A stretch of DNA of 64,000 nucleotides from Podarcis filfolensis. Lineage: Eukaryota. The position numbers and the translations under genes are program-made. The stretch lies in the NCBI GenBank assembly GCA_964270895.1, contig OZ185439.1. One strand, written 5' to 3'. The notes beneath the pieces are model-generated. The model was not told where the DNA came from. It made no database searches and was given only the letters and a program-made list of their open reading frames with translations. Below, piece by piece: positions 35,820 through 50,679 of the stretch (positions are counted from its first letter, which is position 1; every line of letters begins with the position of its first letter).

Positions 35820-37551
35820 CTGGAAATAACAAGAAGTGATTGGAGTACATTGCTGAACAGCTTGCTTGTAGCCATGCAGATGGCAGCCTAAACCTGAATA
35901 AATGTGCCTGTTTGTGTTGCACCCACGTCTTTTCAGTCTGAGGTTGTGTACACATTACCAGTTTAAAATGCAGCTAGATTGTTCTTTTTCTCAAATCGGT
36001 TTGAAGCTGATTTGGTGGAAATGCATCAAAATGCAGTTTTTCCCAATAAAGTGCAGACAGGATAGATATGGATTGTGGCTAGTGTGTTTACACTTCTTCC
36101 CAAACCTGTGGTGGGACTGTGCTGGATGCAGACTAAATAGGAGTGTGCACACAGCCTGAGTATGATGAAGATGATTTTATTTATTACCCACCTTTCACCC
36201 TAAGGTCCCAGGGTGGGTTGCGCAAAACACAACATTAAAAGCAGTTTAAAACAACTTGCAATTTCCAATATCTGGGCTGGTGTTTACTAGACCCCCCGCC
36301 CTGGTGATGTTTCTTTCATTTCCCCTATCAAGCCCTGTACCCAATACAGAGTCAATATTCTGTCAAGTTGTTAGGCATCTTATACATTAAAATGCTTTTG
36401 TATCCAAATAAAAATGATAAATTATCAGATGGCACTGAAAGATTGTGGTGACAGAATGGCCTGGACCACTTGAGACTGCAGATAGGGTTTCACATTTTGG
36501 GTGCTGTTTTGTGTTAAAGATTCCCCCTTGTAAGCAGAAAATAATCCCAATCCCCTTTCTTTCTGATGTGCTAGTTTACCTTCACTTGCTATATTCTCCA
36601 CTTAAAGTCTGAAAAATATTACTGTTCATTCTACTGCATGTGTTCATCAGGTCATATACGTATTTATTTTAAGGCTAACTTGAGATACAGTGAGGCAGGT
36701 CAAAAAGGCGTGTAACATAAAAAACAAAATGAGTCCAATATTGAGCAACCACATGCCACTTTGGCATGCAATAATTTGTCAACTGATTGTCACTAAACAA
36801 TCTGTGGTTGCTTGATGACACAGAGAGGCTGTGTCTCCATCTTCCATGGCATGCAGGGGGAGAAGTGGATTTGTAGATTGTAGCAAGGAAGCCTGGCCTA
36901 AATGCTTCAAGCTTCAATGAGGCAAAATGAAACAATAAACATGATACTGGTAAAGTTGTGGGTTGATATCTGATCTCAAGGTGTGATTTGTGAGCTCCAA
37001 ACTGGTAACAATAGTTTAGGCCATAATCCCACACTTACATGAGAGTAGGCCTCCTTGAACTCAGTGCGGCTTACTTCTGAGTAGGTATGTGTAGAATTGT
37101 TCTGTTAACCTCTTGTTACAATATTGTGCCCCAAAACATATAAATAAAGTAGTATTTTTGAATAGGATTAACATCATTTCTTGCAGCTGCAAGTTCACAG
37201 TGGGTGTTTTAGATTTTTTTTTAACTCAACCAATAGTTTTCTAATAACTGTGAGCAATGCCCAACTGATCAGCTTTATAACTGCAAGCCTGTTTGAAGCG
37301 ATGTATTTTCTCTATAAAATATAGAAATATAAAAGCATTTCAAAGCTCCTTAGCTAGAAGTGTCTTTTCTGTTCACAACAATCTTGTGAATGAACAGATG
37401 CAGAATGTCTAAAAGGTCTAAGGTATTGTCATATCAACAATATGCTGAATAAAGCTCTACTGCTTGTAGAATTCATGTCGAGACACTGAGCTCCCGTTGA
37501 TTATTTTTCACCTTGTCAACCTTCAACTTTGAATTGTTACAGGTAACTTAC

Positions 37552-37601
37552 ATTAATGGCAGAGCTGTTGAATTCATAATATTTAAGTTGCTAAGCAGGC
37601 A
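37552..37601 (-). CDS. Candidate small exon (frame/acceptor ambiguous)
   Basis: Acceptor TTTTTCTCTTGATGTTTTAG and donor AT|GTAAGT; an alternative acceptor 11 nt downstream gives QLKYYEFNSSAIN. Confidence 0.35.
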
Positions 37602-38429
37602 CTAAAACATCAAGAGAAAAAGATCAGATACTTCTGCCTGTTGACTATAAGTATGTAAGAAGAGGGCAGAAAACATGGATGGAATAAAATCAGTTTGAGA
37701 CACGCCTCTTAATTTACTGTCTGAACTACTATATTCTTCATAAATAAGAAGGGAAGCCACAGATCTGTCTGAAGCTGTGATCAGTTTTTAACAAACTAAC
37801 CTCCAATTTTAAGTAAAATATTTCTAACACTTAATATCACAAATAGCATTTGGAATGCAAATAATTCCAATAATTACCGGTGGTTTTATTGGCTGCAAGC
37901 TATAAAACACTGAGAAATTGCTGCTTATGCAGCAGAGCACTGAATACCAAAGCAGTGGCCCAACCAGCTAGATTTTTCCCCAAGATGGGGGGCTCTTGTA
38001 TTTAGTGATTAGTGATATTATACATACATTGGGCTTTGTTTATTTAATGTGGCAAGTTCAAAGTGGAGTGGGTTCAAGGTTGTCAAGTTACCATGAAACT
38101 TAGGAAATCTGCACCCTCTTCTTCTTGGAAAAGGGTAATTATAAGCATTTAATTCTATCTTCTGTCTTTCCCACTTCATAATTTTTGCAATGCTTCTGCC
38201 CTAATGTGGTCCAGTTGTCTTATTTGCATTCAAGTATTCTTCCTGGTGCATTTAGGCCTCCAGTACAGCCAGCCAGATTCCTAGTACTACTCCCCATCAT
38301 TATACAAAAGCCATAGGATTCCCTGCTTCTGTCTATTTCCTATATTAGGAACAAGTGAAGTGTAGACAATGGTTTGGATTGTCAGTCTCTCTATTTGAAC
38401 TGATCATTTTACTTTTCTTTAAACATTAC

Positions 38430-38486
38430 ATTTGGTGCTTCAAGCCACAAAACCGTTTTCCATGCTGACTTCTTGCCACTTTGATT
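38430..38486 (-). CDS. Candidate coding exon (NQSGKKSAWKTVLWLEAPN)
   Basis: TTTATTTACAG acceptor and AAT|GTAATG donor; 57 nt. Confidence 0.4.
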
Positions 38487-39210
38487 CTGTAAATAAACAC
38501 TTTTCTATCTTTAAATTCAGAATTGAGACTTAATGCATTTTGCTAATTCACCCAAGTAATTAAGGCAAGTAACAGGACAGTACCAACGTGAGGAGCTCCA
38601 GATTAAAGATCCTAAATATCACACTTCCATGGCCACATGTGTAATGCTCAAGTTCAAGTAGTGTTTGACTAGGAACATATGCAGACTTGGTAAGAGGGGT
38701 GTATTTTTTATTAACCAGAATCCACATCAAAACCAGCTTTATTACTTGAAAGCTCCACCATGTTCAAAAAAGCTCTCAGTACACAAAAAACATGGAAGAA
38801 TGGAGAGGAGCCAGTTCTATCATGATCTCCACTCCTATAAGTGCAGGGCAAGTCAGTCTTTCTTCTCCAACAGTGTGTGAAAGTTTTGGAAAACATTAAA
38901 TGAGTTCTCTTGCCTGTCTATTTATTTATTTGCAAAAATCTCTATGTTGCCAGCATTAAGGGGGGAGCAGAATACCATGAAGATGAACAGCATAAAATCA
39001 ACAAGAAATTTACATTCAAAAAACAAACAAAAAATATATTACAAAATTGTACATAAGTTCAATACAGGACCCCTTAGGGGAAGCCTGGATGTAGCATTAA
39101 ATATTATTTAAAGCAGTGGTTCCGAAAGTGTGGCCCGCAGACCACCAGTAGTCTGTAAGTTTCATTTAGATGGCCCATGGAGTGATGTAGCTACATTTGT
39201 GTGTAGAATG

Positions 39211-39211
<1 letters not shown>

Positions 39212-39245
<34 letters not shown>
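39212..39245. repeat. (TG)n microsatellite
   Basis: Direct reading. Confidence 0.95.
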
Positions 39246-39248
<3 letters not shown>

Positions 39249-40289
39249 CACAGGCACAGTGGCTTCTCCATAGTTCTTAGAACTCAGCAAAGGTGAGCAG
39301 GATGAATGAACTGGAAGTGTCAAGGGAAAGGAAGCTCCGCCTTTCTCGAAGGAATAAAGCTGCTGCTGGTAGCATGATGTGGGAAGGTGAAGAGAAGCTG
39401 ACGAGGTGCTTGAAAGGAGTGGAGAGTTAGTACTTTGATAGAAGCAGAATGAATACTAAATCCGACCAAAGATTCAAGATGACAATTCTTACTCTGAATA
39501 TTGAAGAACTTTAGCATAACAGGCACATCCATCATATTAAAATATTCATATTGATTTTTGATTGTATTTAAATTGCTTCTTTTATTTCTTACTATATTTT
39601 ATTGTATTAAAATTTGAATTTCATATATTAAAAAAATACTTTAGCATCTAGCACAACATAACTGTGAAACAACAGATAGGGGGAAATCATTAAATGATCT
39701 GCCAAGATCCTCAGCAATTTTCAGGTGGTCTGGTGGTGGTGAGTTTGAACCACTGATCAAAAGCAGTGGTACCAAGCATATGTGTCCTCCTCCTTGTGGG
39801 ATATGGCTGGCAACCCAGGATCTGTGACAATATTGGATGTGTTCTTAACCATGTCAGAAGCTCTCAATCTGTGTGTCCATATGTTGTATTTGTGGTGCTC
39901 AGCTCATTTTCATAGTCTCCATGACTTGTATAAGGAGTCTCATGTAAAGAATTTTTTTAAAAAATACAATTAACTGCCTTACTAACAAATTTTTGCCAAG
40001 GAACACTAGCTAAAAAGGGTTTTAAAAATTGCCAGTGAGACATAATGTGAAAGAATTTCAGAGAACCTCCTCCTGCCCCTGAAGTGGCCAGGAAAGAGGT
40101 GAGCAGAAAGGTGTTTATCTTATCACTGCGCTTATGCTGTTAGTAGTTTGTCAGTTGACTGTGGAATTGGGAGAGAAGTACGTGGTTAGCAGAATTTGGG
40201 ATTATACTGAGGCTGCTTTCCAATGTTTGGGTCTGTGCCCTTTGAGCCCTTAGAATTTAAATACTTAAAATATTATATCTTGCAGATTC

Positions 40290-40588
40290 TGTTACAAAGA
40301 CTGTATGGGCAGGAAAGACACTATTGAAACTCCCCTCCATGTTTATAGCAACAGATGGGAAAGGTTTCTTCATGTAAATTGTTGTGTACTTGATGTTTGT
40401 CCAATACATGTTGCAACATTTTGAGATGAAAGCCTGGTAGTGATTTAGCAAAGTACAAACCAAAGGAAGAGGCAGATGGCTAAAAGTGGTTGGGTACACA
40501 ATGCAGTAAGTGAACTCCCCTTTCATATTTCCTACAGCAGTTTTAAACTGAGGTATATCTTCTGATGCAGGAGGCCTCAAATGTAATC
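40290..40588 (-). CDS. Candidate coding exon (LHLRPPASEDIPQFKTAVGNMKGEFTYCIVYP...); donor not resolved
   Basis: Strong acceptor TTTTTATTTTTAG; ~110 open codons in AT-rich DNA; phase 1 matches exon 47192-47228. The lower coordinate is approximate. Confidence 0.55.
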
Positions 40589-43556
40589 CTAAAAATAAAA
40601 AGTATGTTTAATATATGTTCATAACTTGAATTGATTTACAGAATGAGTAAGTATCTTTTAATGACAAACCCATGTATTTCCAACAGAGATTATGAAAAGA
40701 AATTAAAACATTGTAATTTGTTGCTAATTGAAAAGGGCCGCTCACTGCCACAGCAAAGCCTGCTGGGTGAAGGGAAGATTGCTCAGAGCATGTGGATGTT
40801 TGCCTGTGTTTTCCTGGGATTTTATGTGACTGCAAGTGAGAGGCAGAAAAAGAGTTTATAATAGCATCCTTCTCATGCAGCTGGCAGGATGAGTCAGGCA
40901 AGCATCACCAAGCATATTTGGATTTGCACCAACTGAGGTTTCTTGGTAGGCAGACTCCGCTGGAGGCACAACAGCTGGGATAGTTTGGGGGTTTGTGAGC
41001 CAAAAGGGTTTGAGGTTTGTGGGCCAGTGTCTCCTTCAAGTGCTGCTACTCCTCTAACTCCACTGCTTAGACCTTAAATACTACAAATTCTACTAATAAT
41101 ACTGCGTGGAAGAACTAAATTTTGTATTTGGAAAGGGTCACTGTGACTCATAGTGAGGATGGTACTGTGATGCTATTGATAACCACCTCAGTATTTGCAT
41201 ATTGTAATGCTTCAGAGGCTATAAAAAGAGGCTCAGTTGGCCACAGAGGGGTTTTGGCTATAGAAAATCCTGTGCTAGGGTGATTCAGAGATGCATTATC
41301 CAACCATGTCCCCACTATGTATGCTACTCTGTGCTGTGAGTTTTACTTCTGCATGCTCCAATGCACGCCACCAGAAAATACAAATTGGGTTGCTTCCCAA
41401 TGCTTTGTTATGGGCATATAGCAATACATTTTGATTTAGAGGGTTTTACCTTAATCAATGGCATGGGCTACATGCACAACAAGGAAAAATAATGTATGTG
41501 TGCCATATCTCTCTCTGAATGCACTCTTAATGCAGTGGTTGGATTAGATTGCTTTTGGATTCCTTCCAACCCTATGATTTTATAGGTTTTTTCCCCTTTT
41601 CAGTTGGCAACAATCCAAGTTCGCTAATGACTGGATAACTAGCAAATATAAATGTCAGATCCAGATAAAATGGGAAAGATACACAGTGATATCTGAGTTA
41701 TAAATATACTTATTTATAGATAATGCTTGTGTCCTTGGCTTTTGAAAGAGATTGTGGCTGTTATGCCAAGGGAAGTGCAAGAATTTTTTTTGGAGTCTGC
41801 TTTGTGCTGCCTGAGTGCTAGTTTATGCAGTCCTAGGGAAGTAATAGAAGCTTGTATAATGCTTTTAAAGTAATCTCTATAACTAGCAGGTGTCTTGCTT
41901 ATCTGAGTTATGTTGAGGAATACTGAGAGAACATTTAAAATATCTTATGCACATTCTTGGAAGAAACTTCAGAAAATCATGCCTGTACAGGTGGCGACCA
42001 TTTCACGCACGGGTTCCGTTTCCACTACATTTAATGGAAATGGACACTACATTTAAAATGTGTGTCTATCTCCACCATCACTATCAACTGCCAGGGTATG
42101 GAAGAGTCTGCAGATCAATGGAAGAGCTGTTCCCATGGACTGGCATTTGCCCTAAGCAAACTACTGAGTGAGCCTGCAGCTTCAAAAAAGAAAATAGTTT
42201 TCCTATCAGGCAGTAATGTGATAGTTTATGTTCTGTGAAAAGTATTTTGAACACTGAACAAACAGAACTATCCCCCTCCTGATTTGTGGAAATGAATAGC
42301 TGCAAATAACTTCATAGGTATTTTTTGATGGAAACTTAACAAGAAAATAAAAGAGGTCTAGACACTAGGAAGATAATTCATATGGGGAAAAACAGGTGAA
42401 ATTCCTTATATCAGCTTCAGTGTAAAAAGTGAAAAAGTCTGATCATCATTAAACTTGTCCAAGTCATTTGCTTGGATGTTTCAATTTTAGTGATGTCCAT
42501 CAAAGTTATGGGTAAAATTTGGATTCAGAGGCTTGCTGTTCCCCAAACTCTTTACATAGCTGAAACTATCATTTCACTGCTGAACTCTGTTGCCTCTTTC
42601 TCTATCAAACATAAAAGTAATTGGTACAAATGTCTCTGAATGAACATTAAGTATGGTGGAATGAATGGCATTGGAGTAGTGGGAGATTCAATTCCAATTT
42701 TACTTGGAAAATACACAGATCTTTTGGAACTTTATGTAGAGCTATTTTTATTTTACTTTATTACTTTCAGTTCTCTCATTCAAACTCAAAATGTTACCAA
42801 GTAGCTATGAAACAAATCTGTGCAGCTTTTTCAAAAATAAAATAACTAATGGTGTTGAACAAAAGGCAAAGTTAAGATTTAGTTGGGTGGACTAATAGTC
42901 TTCTGAATTAAAAATAAAATCCTCATCAGCAAGCAAATTATGTCTATATTAAAAGGACAGTTTCTTTCAGGTATTATTTTTTTCAGTTCAAGTATCACTC
43001 ACTACATAACAGCTCTCAGATCAGATAAACAATAAAACTAGGAAATCTGATTGCAATTTTATAGAGATGTGTGCACTTAATGGAAGAAAGCAAGTAGATT
43101 TTATATACTTTGATATTAAGAAGGTACTTGATGTTATTTGTAATGAAATCATACTCTCAATTTATTTCATGCCAGATTGAACATGAACAGTCTTGTGACT
43201 AAAATATGCATATCATCACACAAATAGGCAATGAGAAACAATCATGTTAAGCTCCTTTTGTTGTTGTTGTTGCCTCTTTAGAAGTGTCACAGCTAACTAC
43301 TGAGCTGGATTCTGTTCTGTAGATAAAAAGGAAACTTGAGACAAATTCATCTTCCACATTCATAAACAATGCCATTCAGCACTCCAAAAAACAAACTGAA
43401 CATAATTTACTGTGGTAGAAGTTGCTGGGCTTTTAAGTGGATTGTCCAAAGTGCTGTGCTTTTGTTCTCCCCCCCCCCCTGCCAAGTGATATGTAAATAA
43501 GCTTTCTTTTGAGTGTTATTTAAAAGAAATTATTGAAGAAAATAAATGTTACACAA

Positions 43557-43559
<3 letters not shown>

Positions 43560-43603
<44 letters not shown>
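43560..43603. repeat. (CT)n microsatellite
   Basis: Direct reading. Confidence 0.95.
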
Positions 43604-43606
<3 letters not shown>

Positions 43607-45904
43607 CTTTCTGTCTGTCTGTAGACACTCATGGTACCATGTGTAAAGCTGCAGCAAACTATTAGATTTATGCTCAGTTAAACAGGCTTTGAACAGTTTT
43701 GTCCCTTGGAACAGAGTCCTGTTCATTGAAAGAGACTACTGTATATTTCTTCCTCCTGTAGCTCTCTGCAGCCCTGAAAGTCTTCTCCTCAGGTCTGGGG
43801 GTCTCCTTGCTGAAGAGTATCTTAGGATACCTGCCATTGCTAAAAAAATACTTCCTTAGATCTTCCTAACATGTATATTTAAAAGTGTTTAATAAAAAAA
43901 TGTAATATTAATTACATGTATGTATTTAACCAAGTCCTGAAAATGTTGCATGGTTTACATTAAGCAAAGAGATTTAAAACAAAAATAATAAGAGACATTG
44001 CCCACAAGTCCCCATGTTTTCATCTGAAAGCACATTTTGAAGCTGAGTTTTTCATGTGTGAGTCTATTCAGTGATGGGATGGGAAACCTTCTGGGAATCT
44101 CAAGCCCACTACTTTGAGTTCTATGGTGGAGGAAAGTGGGAATAGAAATGTGCTAAACAAATTAATAAAATACAAATACCATGCTTTTTGAGCCTACCTC
44201 CTTTGTCACAATTTACCTTACCACTGGAGACCTTTCAGAGCATTTCACAAACCATACACCAATTTAAGTACCTGTGAACATTGCACCTTTAGTGGTGGTT
44301 TATTTATCAAATATAGAACATTTCAGCTAAATATTAGTGAATTCATTCAAATAGAATTATTTTCAGGGATAAAATGCTAGGGTAGATCCCCCCCCCGCCA
44401 CTCTTCACAAATATCTCAGCCCCTTATTGTCAGTTTCGCTTTTACTGTCAATTTTCCATGTCAGTTATAGAAAAAGTTATGAACAGAAAAAGGGCTGGTC
44501 ATGTTTTTCCTTTGAAACAGATAATGGGAGTAGAGAGAGAAAGCATAATGGACCCACTTAAGGAATTTAGCATTAAATATTTCAGTTGAAGAAATGAGCA
44601 TAAAAGTTTAAGTGATGTGCCACAAAACTAATATATGTGCTGCCTTGTTGCGAACTGTTACAGTGCTGCTAATTCTTCTGCCTTTGATGCGTGATGATGT
44701 ACTGTCCCCTGATCATCATATAAACTTCACATTCCTAATGCCTGTCCCTAGATACACATAGTGTCAGTAACACATTCCCTGGATTTAGTCTGTTGTCTGT
44801 TTCCCCCTATAGTAATCTGATTTTTCACATGCAGGAGAAACCAGATTGTGCTTTCTGACACATTTATTATACTTCATTCAGTGATAACTGCTCCATGGGC
44901 CCAGGGGTTTGAATGACATTGATCCTGACACTTGTAGCTTAGAAATAAAGCCAGTTTTGTCCATGAAGAAATCTTACGACCTGTGCCTGCCGGAAGATCA
45001 TTAAGCCTTGCAGCTTATTGACGGTGGGGAGGGGGCAGGGATAAATGGACAAGGAAAAGGCAACTTAGCTAAGTGAAGCATGATGCAACAGCTAACAGCA
45101 CAATTGGTGCTGGTGGAACAATGCAAGAAATGTTTGATGAAGGCATGAATCAAGCAGACAGCTTTGGGAGGAAAAACCCAAATCTACACTATTGCCCTTG
45201 GCTTTAGCAGCTGTAGAAAAACATATTCTTTGAGTGAAATACAGATGTAAACCTTACTTTTGAGCTTTCTGCTTCTAAACAACCTTCTCCATTTACGGTA
45301 ACTGGATTGATCCAAGCCTTTGTGTTTTGTTAATTTCCTTGATGAAAAATGTCCCATTTTTAGAGATTCACAAGTAGTCAATTTGTCAGGAAAATACTCC
45401 AGTAAGCATGCCATTGTTTAGTTTAAAAGCTTGGGGTTTTGCTTAATCATGGCTCTATTCCATGTATAAATGACTTGGGAATTCTAGGATACATTTATCT
45501 GTGGAATAAGGACAGGTGGAGAGATGTTATTTAACTATTTATACTTTGTGGCCTTTCTCCAAGTCAGAAATACTCTTGCCAAGCTGCTTTTTCATCTGCA
45601 AGATAAAAGATGTAGGCTCTCTGTATCTTCCTTGTATCTTCCACTCTCTGTGTGAAAAAGCAGTGCTTGGGATGGTGTCATGGGGTCTGTACTGGCAATG
45701 ACAGACCAGGAATGGGATCATAGTGGATAGCTAAATGCAGATGTTTGACCTAGGACTCAGGTGCATTAGTAAAGAAAAATCTTTTTATATGTGTTATAAC
45801 ACTGTGACACCAGATGGTGTGGAGTTCTGTCTTTCGCCAACATGATTTCCCAGTTTGAGGTTTGCAATGTGTTTTCCTGAAACACTTTTTGATGTGTCTA
45901 GATC

Positions 45905-46330
45905 CAGCCCCAGTGTGCAGCAGCTGTGAAAAGGGAAAAATCCATGCTAGGTGTCATTCGGAAAAGAATTGAAATTGAAATGCCATTATACAAATCTATG
46001 GTGTGACTTTACTTGGAATACTGCGTAGAGTTATGGCAATCTCAGCCTAAAAAGGATGTTGTGCAGTTGGAAAGGGTTCAGAAAAGGGCAATGAAAATTA
46101 TCAAGGGGATGGAGCAACTCCTCCAGAAGGAGGGTTTGCAACAATTGGGGATTTTAAGTTTAGCAAAAAAGGTGAGGCAGAGGCAATGTGATGGACGTGT
46201 AGAAAATTATGCATGGTATGGAGACAGTGAATAGAGAATCCCACCCCTCTCTCATAAGACCACAACTGGGGGACAGCAATGAACATTCAGGACAGACAAA
46301 AGAAAGTGCTTCTTCATACAGCTAAACTAT
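45905..46330 (+). mobile_element. CR1 LINE ORF2 3' fragment
   Basis: LEYCVELWQSQPKKDVVQLERVQKRAMKIIKG CR1 motif. Confidence 0.85.
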
Positions 46331-47191
46331 GGCATTAACTTTCTGTTCTGCCTCCGCTATTGGAGGCAGGCTTCCAAAGCCAGGAGAGTCTATCATGGTT
46401 GCACAATGGATAACAAAGTTTTGTTTCCCCTCATCCTGTTCTTTGACTAGTATCACACCAGGTCCCCCCCCCCCATGTGTTGCTTACTACAGAAGCAAAA
46501 ACAGATATCCTTAAATTGATCTCTAGGCTCCTGGTGCTAATTTAACAAAGGCAGGTTTACAGCTGTGCAACCCTTGATTAAAAAAAAGAGCAAAATCTTA
46601 CTACAAGTGATTTGACAAGAAACGGGAAACTTTGTCTATTGTAAATAGCTGATATGTGGGATTTGGGGGTGGGGTGCTGTATGTGTGCAGCACCAGGTGC
46701 AGAAATGGGCCAGGGAATCACATTCACACACTTCGTTCCCCATCCAGGTAGTGATATGCATGCAGAAGCCTTTTTCACCTACTCCCTTAACTGGAGCAGG
46801 GCCACTGTCTTTGGGGGGTAGTTTGTTAAATTTGGAAGCATCTGCCTAATTATCTGCCTAAGCATCTCACCCTCATCACTTGTGCATAATTTTATTCTTG
46901 GACCATTACTGTTAATACTTTCCAGATGCTTTTTCCTAAACATTTCTCCTCAGTAAGGGCAGCTAAAGGGAACAGAACAGGTGGCTGCTTAAGCAGCAAA
47001 ATATTTAGCATGGAAATTTTAGCGTGTTCAAATACTTAAAAGGCTTTCTTAGGGCTTCGGGCAATCCATTGTTCCCTTTGTTTAGCAGTGCCATTCTGCA
47101 ACTAAAAAAAACCCACACACAAAAACCCACCCATCTTCACTAGTTTTAACTATACTTAATCCAAAAAAAATTAAACATACATACATATTAC

Positions 47192-47228
47192 CTGCATATA
47201 AAATGTTGTGAAACAACAGAGGTGAAAT
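47192..47228 (-). CDS. Candidate 37-nt exon (ISPLLFHNILYA-G)
   Basis: CTTTCCACAG acceptor and CAG|GTAATA donor; phase 0 to 1 joins 40588 in frame. Confidence 0.45.
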
Positions 47229-48794
47229 CTGTGGAAAGTTACAGTTCCTTTTATATTCTACAGATCCATTTCATTATACTGAGTATATTTTAGAGATTGT
47301 TTTCTCAATATTATAACCATATAATATTGGTTAGTAATTCAGAAGGGCGGGTAAGAGTAGGGATGGCTACCTTCTGTGAAGAAACTACTTTTCTGAGAAG
47401 TATAAATGAAAGAATTCTGTTCTGTACTGAACGCTGTTTAGACTGTAGATAGTTTACTGTGTTAAAGGGGAAAACCTGGTCTGACCAAAGTTGGTGACAT
47501 CCATTGTACTGGAGTTCAGTTGGCGGTCTGCCAAGAAGCAGTTAAACTGGTAGAATTGCTGAAGAGATGAGTAGGTAATTTCTGAGGTTTCCGTTATGGC
47601 AGTTGCTGTAGAATTCAGATTTTAAATGGAATTCAAAAGGGCAGAATGTGATAGGTCATTTTGTGGACATTCCTTTCAAATTTATTGGTCCATAGATCTA
47701 GGCCAAAGAGAGTGTGGAATTCAAGCAAGAACCTGATGGTTGGTTAGAGGGTTCTGAATGCATACTATAAAAGGGCAAGTTCAAGACTGTTTAAGGACTA
47801 GTCCAGTAGTGGCCAGCATTGCTCACTTGTCTTCCCAACACTGCCCCATACTGAGCTCCCCTATGGTTTTGCTCCTCTTCCTTCCAGTAACCAACAGCAG
47901 TGCATGGCATTGGGGAGCCATGTGAGCAACACGGCACTACCCTGCTGGCTGCTACTGGCTCTGCCATATGGGCAATTTTGGGGAGAGTGTGACGAGGGGC
48001 CAGAGAAGCAAGCCTGAGAGAGTCTGGAGCTGAGAACAGCAACAAGAAAAGGAGGGATCCAGAACGGGGCCAGGAGCTTGAGAAATCCTTGCGGTACCAA
48101 GCAGCTGCTGAAGGGAGAGGAGTCAGTTCCTTAAAGGTAAAATTACTGAAGGTAGAAACTAAGAAAGTCTGTAGGGGGTGGCAATGAATTTAGCAGCAGT
48201 CTTTGGGAAGAGCTGGAACAGTGTGTCAGTGGTTGGTAGTTAAACTTGAAGAAACGGCAAGTCCCTGACCAGACATCTAGTATGAACTTCAACAGTGCCT
48301 GTAAGAGAGAACAGGTAAAGTCTGCTAAACAACCAATGGCTTAATTTAGGTGGAGATTAGCAGGGTATTTGGCTAATGGTGTCATTGGAGTAAGAAATAG
48401 AGCAAGTCTATCTTTAAAGCAACAGTAACATAATTAATGTAAATGGAACATCTTTAAGGCAATCGTAATACATTTAAAGTTATTCTTATATAACTAACCT
48501 GCAAATAAATTATAATGTATTTGACTTTCAGACCGTAGTCTCTTGGACTGTTCATCTCATACAGTACATAGGTACTGTATGTGATAAAAGCTACACAAGG
48601 TATTATTTATATGAAATAAATGATCGCATCAGTGAGATACAAGCAATTATGATAGTAGGTACTTTTAATCAATGTAATTTGTGGCATAGATTCTGCATAC
48701 AGTAATAAAGTGATGGGATAAGTAAACCATAGTAATGATGTGATTGTGAACCAGCCCACCATTGGTGCTATTTGTGAGATTGTAAGATCACAGG

Positions 48795-48957
48795 CAGTGG
48801 TGGACCTTGGGGCCTCAAATTTCAGCGGGACCCTGTGTGACACCAAATTTCTGTGTCCCCTGCATCTCGCCTTCCATTGTACATTATAGTTGTAGCACCC
48901 CCGAGGCTCTGAAACCAGTGCAACCAAACCAGTTGTGCTGCCCTAAATCCACCTCTG
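48795..48957. mobile_element. hAT-like MITE (relative at ~51832-51986)
   Basis: CAGTGGTGGA ... TCCACCTCTG termini; shares CTCAAATTTCAG...ACCCTGTG with 51832-51986. Confidence 0.55.
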
Positions 48958-50619
48958 CCACAGCCCATCATACCCGCAAGTGTTATCAATTTATCCAGGG
49001 GAGATTAGTTGTTTATTTATCAGGACACCCCATTATTTTATAACATCACCCACCACCCAAATATGTCCAATCTAAATCCTGTTCTTAAGCCAGGATGAAA
49101 TCAGTTAGTGAAATTTGCAGCCACAAGATGTGATGCCTCTGGGCTTAGATGGCTTTAAAGAGGGTTATAGAAATTAATGGAGGATAGGTCTGTCAGTTGA
49201 TATTGGTCCCATGATAGCTTGTTGAAATCATGTTCAGAACAGTGATGCTGCTAGGGCAGGACCACCCAGGGGGGCACACTATGGGTCAGCATGGGTATTT
49301 TGGGCCCACTTGGGCTGATGTTGTTCATCACATAAAATTTCGTGTCATTCTAAAACACGTTTTATAGCTTGAGGAGACATCTGGGCATATACAAATACTC
49401 TGTTTCTTATGAATAATCATTTTCTGCAACAAAATAATGCATATTTCCAGATACTTGTGTTTAGCCTCAGGACAGCAGAAGCAAACTCCATTTTATTGTA
49501 GTAATAATCACAGTATGTTTAAAAGGAGTGTAACATGCAAAACTGCACATGCTCACAGTATTGTGTGTGTGTGTGTATAGTGGGATTGGCAAACCTTTGT
49601 TTGTTTTCTTTTATCAGGACAGTATAGGGAGTGCCGTGTAAAGCATAGAATGGCAGGTGGTGAGGAAAGACAGTATGTATTGTTTACTTTGCATCATGGG
49701 CACCTAAAGAGGGCTCTCCATAAGATAATTGTCTCTCCATAAGATCATCTAGCTGCATTGTGGGCCCAAGTGCAGGAAGCATGGGGCCCTGGTGTGGGGC
49801 CACCCAAAGTAGAAATGAGACTTAGGACATCAGTATTGAGTTGAAATTGGCTGCCACTTGGAAAGGTGCTATGGCCCATTAGTCCCTGTATGGACTCCTG
49901 GACAGAGACACCCCTTCCCAGATCCCTTTAGTGGGGTGCCCAATAGGATAAAGATGGGACCCAATGCCTTATCTGCCCAAAGTTGTGAATGTTGGACGAA
50001 ATGGATCTGTGGTCTGATTCAGCAGGAATCTTAATTTATTTTGGATCAGAATGTATGTGATCCAGCACTGATCTTTTAATGTTAACTTATATTTTAGCAT
50101 AATATTATTCACCCATTTTTAATAAAAAAACCCATCAATGATTTATTACGCCAGAGGATACTTCCACAATCAAACAAAAATGTTAAAAACTCTCTCTCAC
50201 ACCCCAAACTGTTAAAAATCACACCATGATCTGAATCTGACATACTGCACCGTGTGTAATGTCAGACTAATGTAACAAATCTCAGAAGTAGGGGAATGTT
50301 GAGAGAAATAACATCATTCCACATTTAGAACCCCCATATCTCTTTATACTATTAGTCTCTGCAGAACCTGAAGGGTTTCCTAGGGCATTTGTTATCTCTG
50401 ATATAACCCTTGGCATAAAATTCATTTCCCCTATGATGATATGTCCCATCCATGAAATATTTCTAATCCATTTGTCCAAATCTTTTATTTGTTGACAACA
50501 CATATTAGGACAATACTTTTATTAGGCCAATGAAAAGGACACAAAGCATGTGTTTGAGTTTCCTATAACTCTTCTTCAGGCTAAATAGTAAAAAAAAATA
50601 TGCAAGGGTGTATGTGTGA

Positions 50620-50625
50620 GAGAGA

Positions 50626-50677
<52 letters not shown>
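50620..50677. repeat. (AG)n microsatellite
   Basis: Direct reading. Confidence 0.95.
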
Positions 50678-50679
<2 letters not shown>

